From positions 1 to 51,178 of the forward strand of contig JAJEAZ010000291.1 in the NCBI GenBank assembly GCA_022824105.1: 51,178 bases of DNA, read 5' to 3'. Under the pieces are notes generated by a model. That model was not told where the DNA came from and ran no database searches. It saw only the letters and a program-made list of their open reading frames with translations. Below are positions 33,621-42,485 of the stretch, piece after piece. The translations under genes and the position numbers were made by a program. Source of the stretch: Alphaproteobacteria bacterium. Lineage in GTDB: Bacteria; Pseudomonadota; Alphaproteobacteria; Bin95. How positions within the stretch are numbered: position 1 is the stretch's first letter; every line of letters begins with the position of its first letter.

Positions 33621-35221
33621 GCAAGGGAGAAGGCAGCCCGGTGGTCGCGGATGACGGCGCCAGGTTGTGGCGCACCCTTGCCGCAGCGGGCAGGGAAGCG
33701 ACCGCGGAAGCGTTGACGGAAGAGGATTTCGAGCGGCTGCACGTTGCTGGCGGGATCGAGCGTTTCGTCGTCGAACGGGTGCGGGCGGGTGGGAGCGTCG
33801 TCGTCACCGGGAATGCCGGGGACGGCAAGACGCACTTGCTGCGGCGCGTGAAGCGCGATCTCGAAAGTGCCGGCGCAGTCGTGGTCGAAGACGCGACCGC
33901 TGAGATGGTGGACGATGATCCGCGTCCTGTCCTCGACAAGTGGCGCGCGGCCGTGGAAGCGGGGCAGCCGTTTTGCCTGGCCGCGAACGAATACCCGTTC
34001 TACCAGTTGAGAATGTCGGGTAAGTCGGCCCCGCATATGGCGGAGGTGGGGCGGCAATGCCGGCACCGTCTGGCCTACGGGGAGGGGGAACGGTCCGAGT
34101 GCGCCGCCGGCGACGTGGTGGTGATCGATCTCAGCCTGCGAAACCCGCTGAGCGCGGAATTCTTCGAGACCATGCTGGACAGATTGTTGGCGGACGATGG
34201 GCTGAAGGCAGCGCTGGCGCGCCCGGAAGAATCGGCCGCCCGCCGGAATGTAGAGCTTCTTTCTCATCCCCGGGTGCGTGAGCGATTGCGGGCCCTGGCC
34301 GATCGGCTGGTGGCGTTGGGCCATCGCGCCACGGTGCGCGAGTTGTGGATCCTGTTTGCTCGGATGGTGTTCGGTCGGGGGGAGCGCGGCGCGTATCAGC
34401 GTGCGGACTGGTATTCGGAGGCGCTGTTCGGTCGCGACGAGCGCTTCGAGTTGACGGAGTCCCTGCAGGCGGTCGATCCCGCGAAATGCAGCCATCCGAT
34501 ATGGGATGCCGCGCTCGACGCCCGTGCGCCCGCAGTGCGCGGCGGATGGGCGCTGCGCGCGCCGTTGCCGGCGCCGCATCCGACGCTCGAGTGGGAGGAT
34601 TTTGCTGCGCTCAAGCGCCGTTTCTATTTCGAGCACGAGAAGGGCGAGGAGGCGTTCGAGCTGGCCGACGCGGATGCGGGTGAGTTCGAACGGCTTCTGG
34701 ACGGGGATGGGGGCTCGGGCCGGACGCTTGTCACAAGCCTGGTCGAAGCCATCAACGCGGCCTACTGCCCAGTCCGCTTCGAGTCGCGCGATCAGCACCT
34801 GTATCTGTGGAACGGTCACCGCTTTCACGAGCAACCGTCCCGGTCCTTCGTCGCCGCCGAACGCGTCCCCACGGAACAATTCGTAACGGAAGTGCCGCGC
34901 CTGCCGGAGCGGCTGGAGACGTGCTTCGAATATCGTCCGGACCATATCGCGCTGACTGCGCACGGGCACCCGGGAACGCCGCGGCTGAGGATCGACTTTC
35001 CGCTCTGGCGGACGCTCCGCCGGCTGGCGCGCGGCCTGCCGCGGAAGCTGATTCCGGAGCGCGACATTCACCGCCTGGACGCCTTCCTCCAGGAGCTCGG
35101 TGCCGGGGCGGTCGGGGCGCGAGACAGCATCTGGTCGGTTCACCTGGAGAACCTGGAGCTGATCCAGGTAAACCTCAGCGCGGACAGAAGCCGCTTCGAA
35201 CGGGTGCGCCGCTATGGCTAA
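33617..35221 (+). CDS. P-loop ATPase, DptF (DndF)-like, 534 aa
   Basis: Walker A VVVTGNAGDGKTHLLRR (33809-33835), then VVVEDATAE and ..QPFCLAANEYPF.. The size and position match DptF. The gene is coupled to both neighbours. Confidence 0.65.
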   Translation: MSKGEGSPVVADDGARLWRTLAAAGREATAEALTEEDFERLHVAGGIERFVVERVRAGGSVVVTGNAGDGKTHLLRRVKRDLESAGAVVVEDATAEMVDDDPRPVLDKWRAAVEAGQPFCLAANEYPFYQLRMSGKSAPHMAEVGRQCRHRLAYGEGERSECAAGDVVVIDLSLRNPLSAEFFETMLDRLLADDGLKAALARPEESAARRNVELLSHPRVRERLRALADRLVALGHRATVRELWILFARMVFGRGERGAYQRADWYSEALFGRDERFELTESLQAVDPAKCSHPIWDAALDARAPAVRGGWALRAPLPAPHPTLEWEDFAALKRRFYFEHEKGEEAFELADADAGEFERLLDGDGGSGRTLVTSLVEAINAAYCPVRFESRDQHLYLWNGHRFHEQPSRSFVAAERVPTEQFVTEVPRLPERLETCFEYRPDHIALTAHGHPGTPRLRIDFPLWRTLRRLARGLPRKLIPERDIHRLDAFLQELGAGAVGARDSIWSVHLENLELIQVNLSADRSRFERVRRYG

Positions 35222-36572
35222 GGCAAAGCGAACGGCGGCGCAGAGGAAGGCGGACACGGCTGCCGAGCGCCGGGTGCATGGTGCCATCCTCGGATACCAG
35301 CCCTATCGCATGAAGCCGGTTCACTTCGCCACGAGTTTTCTTCTTGCATTGACCGGCCGCTATTACCGGCTCGAATACCTGAATAAGGCCTCGGTTCCGA
35401 AGACGGCGCCGAGGGACAAGCGGAGCGTTCAGGACGAATACCCGTCCGATCGGCTTCATTCCCGGCTGGTCGATCTTGAGAAACTGGACCCGTCGGTCGA
35501 CCTGGAGTCGTTCCGCACACTTCGCGCGCACTTGAACGCGGCATATAACAACGACGGTTCGGCCTTGGCAGCCGTCTTCCCGCCCTATTCGACGTTCGGC
35601 GCGGACTACAGTGCCCCCTCGACCAGGTACATCTCGGACCGGTCGAAAAACCACGGTTATTCGGGAAGCTTCGTCGTTTCGGTCCTGGGAGCCAGCGCCG
35701 AGGGACGGAGAGCGCTCGGAAATATCGAACGGCTGCTGGAGCTTCCGCCGCCGCCGCTGGCCGCGTTCGGCGAGCCGCTGCTCGACGACGCGGAGGAGGA
35801 ATGGTGCGATCGGCACGACGAACTCTACGGTGCGATCTTGCCGGGAAGGCTGGCGCGGATTGGATCGGAAATGGAGGACTGCACCGTTGCAATAGGCCAA
35901 CTCGCCGCGAATCTGGAACGGCTGCGATCCAGCTATTCGATGCGCTACATGGTGCTGGGGCTCTGCTGCTGGCTGTTTGCCTACATGATGCGCCAAGGAA
36001 GCGATTCACCGCTGCTGCTGGTCGACGCGCTGCAGGGACGCAATTCCAGGATCCGCGCGCAGAGCCGGGCCACCTACGCGCGGGCGCTGGACCTTTTTTC
36101 GTCAAGCTATGATCGGGCCTTTACAGCGTCCAACGGCTCGGGGATCGAGGAAGACGACTGGAATGTGTTCGCCGGCTCGGCGGAAGCCCGTCAGGTTCTG
36201 GATGAGCACTTTCGGGACCTGGGCGTGCGGATCGGCATCGTGCAACCCCGCTCCGCGGTCGCCAAGCACAAGCATGTCGAGCTACAAGCGGACACGCTTC
36301 GGGTGCTTGCGTACAGCCTGCTTGATGAGGGCCAGGTGCTGACCCTGCCGGCATTTGCAGCGCAACTCAGAAGTGTCTGGTCAATCCTGGTCGGTGCCCA
36401 GGCATCGGACGTCGACGTTCTGCGTGCAAACCGCTTCGGGCCCCTCGATCACGACGAGGATCTGCGACCGAACGCGGATGCGTTCCAAACGCTGCTGGTG
36501 AGACTGGGTCTGGCGGTAGAGCCATCGGACGGGCTGACGCTGGTCGCAATTGACGCGGAAGAGGCGATCTGA
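35214..36572 (+). CDS. DptG (DndG)-like protein, 452 aa
   Basis: ATG 35214 overlaps the upstream stop (ATGGCTAA). The C-terminus reads ..DLGVRIGIVQPRSAVAKHKHVELQADTLRVLAYSLLDEGQVLTLPAFAAQLRSVWSILVG.. The assignment rests mainly on size and order. Confidence 0.55.
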   Translation: MAKAKRTAAQRKADTAAERRVHGAILGYQPYRMKPVHFATSFLLALTGRYYRLEYLNKASVPKTAPRDKRSVQDEYPSDRLHSRLVDLEKLDPSVDLESFRTLRAHLNAAYNNDGSALAAVFPPYSTFGADYSAPSTRYISDRSKNHGYSGSFVVSVLGASAEGRRALGNIERLLELPPPPLAAFGEPLLDDAEEEWCDRHDELYGAILPGRLARIGSEMEDCTVAIGQLAANLERLRSSYSMRYMVLGLCCWLFAYMMRQGSDSPLLLVDALQGRNSRIRAQSRATYARALDLFSSSYDRAFTASNGSGIEEDDWNVFAGSAEARQVLDEHFRDLGVRIGIVQPRSAVAKHKHVELQADTLRVLAYSLLDEGQVLTLPAFAAQLRSVWSILVGAQASDVDVLRANRFGPLDHDEDLRPNADAFQTLLVRLGLAVEPSDGLTLVAIDAEEAI

Positions 36573-36573
36573 G

Positions 36574-39500
36574 ATGGCGCGCACCGCAACATCGCTGGTG
36601 AGCGAGGCCCTGGCGGTCTGGATCCTCTCGCGGCTGGACCAAGAAAACGATTTCGCACGAGAGGGACTTCCGGAGTTCGACATTCCGCGCCTGCTTCAGG
36701 CGCTTTCGGAGGGAGGATTGCCGGCCGGGCGCTTTTCGCTGGCGCTGGTCGGATTCGAGACGACAGAAGAGGAAGTGCGGGCACTCGCGGATGCGAATGG
36801 CCTCGGCGCGCTGGCCGGGGTGACGCTCGATCTCCATGTCGCCACCGAGTGGCGCAACGATCGCGACCGGCATCCGAGGATCGTCGTGCTGGCGCGCGGC
36901 TACAATTCGGGCGTGCATGGCTTGCGCTTCTTCTCCCGCGCCTCTTCGGGAGAGCTCGCGGCCATTCTGTTGGGCTGGGCGGAAAACGCATCCGAATACA
37001 CGGCCACGCCACAGCACCGAGCGTTGCTGGAGAAGCTGGGTCAGGCGCGGGGGCTGGGGTCGGTTCGGTCCCTGGAGGGTGTCGCAGCCTTTCTCGCCGA
37101 ATGGAGCGAGGGACGCGACGAGGCGATCGGCAGGCCGCGCGACGTTCTTCCCGCTCTCGGACTGCTCCGCGATCCGCAATTATTCGAAGCGGACGATCTG
37201 GGCAAGCGGCTCGAACACAATCTGCGTGTAGGGGAACGCGTAACCATCATGTCGCCGGGGGACATCCGGCAGCGGCGTGAGCGCGCGACGCGTTACCGTG
37301 ACGTAGAGACGGCCAAGCTGGTGACCCGGGCACTGGACCGGCTGGAAGCCCATCGGCGCGGCGAGCCCGACGCCGGGCTGACGCTGGCGGATGCGGATCG
37401 TCTCGTGAAACTTCCCGCCGATCCGCCACCGATCCCCGGCTCGGAGGCGGACGAGACGGACGTTTCGGACAAAAACGACAACGAGGGCGGCGGCGTCGAG
37501 GAAGAGGACGAATCCGGACTGCACGAGATGGCGGTGGACGCGCTGCTGGAGGGGCGCGATGAAGACCTCGCGGCCATCGGCGACGCCCTCGAAGCGGCGT
37601 GGGATGAATTCGGGCAGAACGGGGACCGGCTGGCGTCCAGTCAGGAAACCAGCCAGGGGGTGGCCCGGCTCGAAGAGCAGGTCGACCCCAAAGTCATCGA
37701 CTGGGTTACCGCCTTCTGTGGCGTGGATCGCTTCGGCGGGCTCATTGAGACCGACATCGGTGACCTGCCGCAGGCGCTTGCCCGCCATGCCGAGTTCAAT
37801 CCCCTATTCCTGGACCCGGACTCGATCTGGAAGCACAACGGGGTCTCATACTCGATCGAGGCACTGCTCGAAGGGTGGGATGACGTGGATGCTGTCGCAG
37901 AAGCCCGGCCGCGCCCGATAATATCCATGTGGCGTGATTTCGTCGCCGCGCGCGCCTCGCTTGCGGAGAGGGTGGGCCCGCTTCTCATCCATCCTCGCGA
38001 ATGGCTCGACACCCATCCCGAAACGCGGGATGGGTGCGGGCGCTACCTCGCGGTGGCGACCGAGCTCTACAAGGCGATCCAACAGAATTACCGGGCAGTC
38101 TGGGACCAGTCGCCTGAGTGGGCGCAGGCGACGCTGGACGCTCTTCTGTCGCTCGATCTGGTGCAGATCCGGATTACGGGTCTGGACGGTGGATTCAGCG
38201 CCAAGGCGGTGATGCTGCCGCTGCATCCGCTGCATCTGTGGCGCTACCAGCGTTTCGGGGAAATTCTCCGCGATCTCTCGCGTGCAGGCCCCTTATCCGA
38301 GAGCGACAGGAAGGTCGTCATCGAGGAGTTGCGCCGTCCGGAACGCTTTGTCGGCGTCATAAGGACCGGGGCTACGCCGGAAGGGCGGGGGCTCAACCAG
38401 CTGCTTCCGGTCGCCAACAGGATTTGCGGCCTCGCGACGTTCGAGAACCTGCACAACGCGATCAGCAGCGCCGACGGCATGGAGACGCTGGTCCTCGCGC
38501 TCGATCACTTCGTGATGCTCTACCCCAACCATCCCCGCCCGCTCCGGTTGACGCTGGTCAATCCGCCCGAGCCGGCGCGGCTGCTTGAGCGGCTGACGAA
38601 ATTCCTCAATGAACGGCGAAACACCGGCGGACGTCTTCCCGCCCTCGAAGTGACGGTCGTCGCCACGGCCGGGCACCGGGACCGACTGACGGCGACGTCG
38701 ACCCTCGAAGGCGGAGCGCAGGACCTGGTCTATGAGCAAGTCTCCGCCGGCCGGCTCGATCTGCGTGTAGCGAGCGATCCCCATGAAAGCCTCGACCGGC
38801 TGGTGCGGGAGGTGCTGTCGAAACGTCCGCAGCACCTGGTTGCGATCTTCGACGAGTCCGCGATCTCGGTCAGGCGCAGGCGGGTCGAGCGCCTGCTGCC
38901 GATGAGTCCGTTCTGCGTGCGCAACGAGATCATGGTCGATCGGATGCTGGGCGATATCAGCCTGAGTCCGCACCCCGGCGAACCGCCGTTCTCGGATTTC
39001 GTGATGATGATCCACGAGTTCGAACAGGAGCAGCGGGACAGCACGATGGTCGCCTCGGCGGATGCGGACCGGCTGCGCTCGACGATTGACGGACTGCTTC
39101 TAGGAGAGCGAGCGCCGGCACACTGGGTCCTGCTTGCAGATCGCGCTCTGCCGCCGGAAAACGGCATGACGTCCATCCGCCTCCTGCAACGCAGGGAAGG
39201 GCATCGCCAGGTGCTGCTGAGTGCGGCGGATTACGGTCGGCTGTCGACGTTGATGTATGCCGCGTTCAGGAGCTGCAATCTCACGATCACGGATGAGGGG
39301 CTGGGCCACGTTCTGCGGCAGGGCGTGAACCTGGTCGGCGCCGGGCTGCTCGACATGATCAAGAAGCAATCCGGATTGCCGGACAATGCGTCGGTGCTCG
39401 GGTTTGTGGGCATGTTGCTCGCGGCGCGGCGTGTAAGAAGTGAGGATCGGCATGCGCTGGTCGCCTCGGTCGACGGGCCGGTCGCGCGCCTGTGGCTGAA

Positions 39501-41346
39501 GCTGGGCCCGGCGGGCGACGGCAGGCGCTGCGATCTGATTGCGATTCGTCGAGGGTCGGACGGGTCGTTCCGGATCACCTGTATCGAAGTCAAGACGACC
39601 GGGGAACCGGTCCTCTCCGACGAGACGGTGCTGATCGGCCACGCGGCAGACCAGATCGAACGGACGGCGGCGGTAGTGTCGAGCGCGGTTGGGGGGTCGG
39701 GGCCGTTCGCGGCGCCGCGCTCGGAGATGCTGAAGGAGGTCTTGGTGAGGGCGGCATCAAGCCGCTGGGGCGCCGAGCAGGAAGACGTCGCCCAGCGCAG
39801 GATCTGGGGGCCGCTGCTCAAGGACCTGTTCGGGGACGGTCCCGAACCGCCGGTCGTCAGGGTGGACGGTGAGGTCGTCATCGTGAAGCTGCGGTCGACG
39901 GAGCCGGCCGGGGCGAGGCCGCTCGGGGGGAGGGAAATCCCGATCTCGGTCAGGACGATAACCGAGAAGGCGGCGGAGGCGCTGTTCGGCAACGATTTCG
40001 TAACCGAGGCTCCGCTGGAAGATGCGGATCCGGACGGCGATGCTGCGGATGGAGAAGACAGCGGCGGGCGGTGTTCGGCCGGTGAAGAGTCGGCATCGAC
40101 GACCGACCATGCTTCCGGACCAGTTTCGGAACCGCGGGATGGTGGCGGGACCAGGGGAACGGCAACCGAAAGGGGCAAGGATGAGCCGTCCTCGACCGGT
40201 GCCGATGCGGCGGCCAGGAGGGAGCGTCGGGGCGCGACGGAGGCGTCGACGACCTCGGCGGCGGTCAATCGCGCGAATGAAGCGGTTGTAGGAGGAGCGT
40301 TGAACGCGGGATCGGTCTGGCCGCCGCGGGTGAACGCGCTGGGAATGGTCGGACAGTACGAAATCGCCCAGGAACTCGACAATCAGGCGCGCAAGGCCAG
40401 GGGCTGGGGCGAGAGGTTCTTGGACAAGTTGTTCGTTGGGCCTGCCGGCGTTGGCAAGACGACGCTCGCCCGCAGGATTGCAGAACGACTGCTTCAGCTG
40501 GAACCGATGGTGTTCAATGGCGCCGATCTTCGCCGGCCGGATATGATCGTGGAGCGACTGGTGGAGGCCGGCAAGGCGCCGGCGGACGCAGCGGGAGAGG
40601 TCACGGTCGCCCCCTGTCTGATCTTCATAGACGAGGTGCATGCGGTCGCGAGCCCGGTTTCCACGGTGCTGCTCAGCGCGTTAGACGAGCGGCGCAGCAC
40701 CACGATCGGAAATGTGGTCTACAGCTTCGAGGACGTCGTGTTCCTTCTCGCGACCACGGATCCGGGCAGGCTCTCGGAGGCGTTCCAGAGCCGGCCGGAT
40801 AAGACGATCTTGCGCTCCTACACGCTTGAGGAGATGGCCGGGATCGTCTGGCTCCGCTCCGTGGAGACGCTCGGGCAAACGGGTCTCAGTCGCGAGACCT
40901 GTATTGAGATTGCGGCGCGCATGCAGTGCAGCCCACGGCCGAGCGTTAACATTCTCGAGCCGCTGGTCGCGAGCTTCTACGGAACGGCGGAGCACAGGTT
41001 GGGGCGGGTGCCGACCAGGGAAGAAGTGGCGGGCCTGATGAACGCGGCTGCTGTGGCGCGGTGGTTTGAAGATGCGCATGGCATCGACCGCAACGGCCTT
41101 ACCTCGGAACATGTGGAATATCTCAAGCTGCTGCGGACCCGCGGTGCCTCGGCGGAGGAGGAGATTCGCCGTGCGCTCGGAATCTCCAACCGGGCCGACT
41201 TCGTGATCGTGTCGGAATATCTGACTCGTCTCGACCTGATCCGCGTCGGACCCGGCGGGCGGAGCCTTACCTCCGATGGCAGGCGTTATCTCTCCGCGTC
41301 GTCCCCACCCGACCTCCGTGACCGGATATCGCGTCGCATGAACTGA
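36574..41346 (+). CDS. Large DptH (DndH)-like protein with an internal PD-(D/E)xK-like motif and a C-terminal RuvB-like AAA+ module, 1590 aa
   Basis: ATG 36574 lies 2 nt after the upstream stop. Nuclease-like motif: CDLIAIRRGSDGSFRITCIEVKTT (39529-39600). An acidic/Gly-rich linker follows. AAA+ motifs are FVGPAGVGKTTLARR (40438-40464), LIFIDEVHAV (40618-40641) and FLLATTDPGRLSEAFQSRPD, followed by a winged-helix-like tail. Confidence 0.6.
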   Translation: MARTATSLVSEALAVWILSRLDQENDFAREGLPEFDIPRLLQALSEGGLPAGRFSLALVGFETTEEEVRALADANGLGALAGVTLDLHVATEWRNDRDRHPRIVVLARGYNSGVHGLRFFSRASSGELAAILLGWAENASEYTATPQHRALLEKLGQARGLGSVRSLEGVAAFLAEWSEGRDEAIGRPRDVLPALGLLRDPQLFEADDLGKRLEHNLRVGERVTIMSPGDIRQRRERATRYRDVETAKLVTRALDRLEAHRRGEPDAGLTLADADRLVKLPADPPPIPGSEADETDVSDKNDNEGGGVEEEDESGLHEMAVDALLEGRDEDLAAIGDALEAAWDEFGQNGDRLASSQETSQGVARLEEQVDPKVIDWVTAFCGVDRFGGLIETDIGDLPQALARHAEFNPLFLDPDSIWKHNGVSYSIEALLEGWDDVDAVAEARPRPIISMWRDFVAARASLAERVGPLLIHPREWLDTHPETRDGCGRYLAVATELYKAIQQNYRAVWDQSPEWAQATLDALLSLDLVQIRITGLDGGFSAKAVMLPLHPLHLWRYQRFGEILRDLSRAGPLSESDRKVVIEELRRPERFVGVIRTGATPEGRGLNQLLPVANRICGLATFENLHNAISSADGMETLVLALDHFVMLYPNHPRPLRLTLVNPPEPARLLERLTKFLNERRNTGGRLPALEVTVVATAGHRDRLTATSTLEGGAQDLVYEQVSAGRLDLRVASDPHESLDRLVREVLSKRPQHLVAIFDESAISVRRRRVERLLPMSPFCVRNEIMVDRMLGDISLSPHPGEPPFSDFVMMIHEFEQEQRDSTMVASADADRLRSTIDGLLLGERAPAHWVLLADRALPPENGMTSIRLLQRREGHRQVLLSAADYGRLSTLMYAAFRSCNLTITDEGLGHVLRQGVNLVGAGLLDMIKKQSGLPDNASVLGFVGMLLAARRVRSEDRHALVASVDGPVARLWLKLGPAGDGRRCDLIAIRRGSDGSFRITCIEVKTTGEPVLSDETVLIGHAADQIERTAAVVSSAVGGSGPFAAPRSEMLKEVLVRAASSRWGAEQEDVAQRRIWGPLLKDLFGDGPEPPVVRVDGEVVIVKLRSTEPAGARPLGGREIPISVRTITEKAAEALFGNDFVTEAPLEDADPDGDAADGEDSGGRCSAGEESASTTDHASGPVSEPRDGGGTRGTATERGKDEPSSTGADAAARRERRGATEASTTSAAVNRANEAVVGGALNAGSVWPPRVNALGMVGQYEIAQELDNQARKARGWGERFLDKLFVGPAGVGKTTLARRIAERLLQLEPMVFNGADLRRPDMIVERLVEAGKAPADAAGEVTVAPCLIFIDEVHAVASPVSTVLLSALDERRSTTIGNVVYSFEDVVFLLATTDPGRLSEAFQSRPDKTILRSYTLEEMAGIVWLRSVETLGQTGLSRETCIEIAARMQCSPRPSVNILEPLVASFYGTAEHRLGRVPTREEVAGLMNAAAVARWFEDAHGIDRNGLTSEHVEYLKLLRTRGASAEEEIRRALGISNRADFVIVSEYLTRLDLIRVGPGGRSLTSDGRRYLSASSPPDLRDRISRRMN

Positions 41347-42020
41347 AGTGTGTCCGGCGCGGGGCATTGGCGACGGGCCGGCGGAGGAGGCTACTTCCCG
41401 GTCGGCGTGCTGGATACACGCCGTGGTAACGAACCTGGTGAGTGGGGCTCGCATGTGCTGAAAGGCGCCCGAAACGGCGACTGGAAGACCTTCGCGGGAA
41501 TGCCGAAGGTCGTGCTGGAGGGCCGGGTGCTGGAGACCATTTCCATCATGGAGTATGTCTGGGAGGAGGACCAACACGGTTCTGGCGAACGAGAAAACGC
41601 TACGAGTGCAAAGGTAAGCGGACGGATGAGATGGCGGCGGAGAGGATAGTGGCTCGTATGCACTGGGCTTGGCACACCGCGCTTCCGCGGCCGGATGGCT
41701 GGCGGCATCGACCGAAGGGGTCGGGCGGCGTCTGGATGTGGAAACCGGCTGGTTACGGCACGATGACGGCGACCGCGCTGCGCGGATCGCTATACTGGTG
41801 GGAATGGAGCCGCGCCTTGAGGTTGATGCCGGCTCCTCGGCCCGCGTAGACGGTTGGTTGCATATGAGGCAAGAAGGTCGTGGAGAAACAGACGCGCCAC
41901 AATAAATGGACAACGGTATGGGCGTAGAGTTGGTTGACCCGCTATGCTGAAGAATAGAGAACGGAGATTTGTGGTATATGGGTCCCGCAACTAACGAAAT
42001 TAGTTCAATGGGAGCATTGT

Positions 42021-42485
42021 ATGTCTATTTTGGAGAACTCGATATCACATTTTGATCGCACTTTGCTCTATGGGCTGTGCTCGGAAAGCAGAGTCCATAC
42101 TGGGATTATGGTGTTTTACACAGGACCGAAGCTACCCGACTTCTGTTCGGCAATGGTTCGTGACCCGCTGCCAAAATGCGGTCATATAGTTGATCGTGGA
42201 TTTGTATCGAAACTTCAAGCGGCGCTACGAGCTAATCCATCGGTTCACGATGGAGCGATAATGTGCGGGCAGGAGTCGGCCAAGAACAAGTACAGGGTAA
42301 CAGGCTGGTCGTACCGGCTATATCCGCCTGCTTTTGAAGGGACATTGTTTCCGAACAAGGGATCGGCATTTAACAGTGGTCTGGCCATGTCTCGCGTAGA
42401 ATCCGTGGATAGAGTGTTGTTCTGGTCATCGGGGAGAGGCTGGTGCTTTGAACATGGTTGCATCTTGGGACCGGTACAAGGATGA
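42021..42485 (+). CDS. DAC-fold (DisA_N / diadenylate-cyclase-like) small protein with a divergent active site
   Basis: 154 aa, with RBS GGGAGC. It aligns by eye to DAC domains: TGIMVF (GALI), SVHDGAIMC (LHDGAxI), SYRLYPP (yLPLS), NKGSAFNSGLAMS (in place of GTRHRAAxGIS) and VLFWSSGRGWCFEHG (in place of ViVSEETGxIS..G). The gene is AT-richer than its surroundings. Confidence 0.55.
   Translation: MSILENSISHFDRTLLYGLCSESRVHTGIMVFYTGPKLPDFCSAMVRDPLPKCGHIVDRGFVSKLQAALRANPSVHDGAIMCGQESAKNKYRVTGWSYRLYPPAFEGTLFPNKGSAFNSGLAMSRVESVDRVLFWSSGRGWCFEHGCILGPVQG

Noticed and set aside
31560-41346. Calling the four-gene operon Druantia type I or a complete Dnd system
   Set aside because: The large protein shows no SF2/DUF1998 helicase motifs expected of DruE. 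No dndA-E or ssp modification genes occur anywhere in the window. It is therefore reported only as a DruA-like plus DptFGH-like hybrid candidate.
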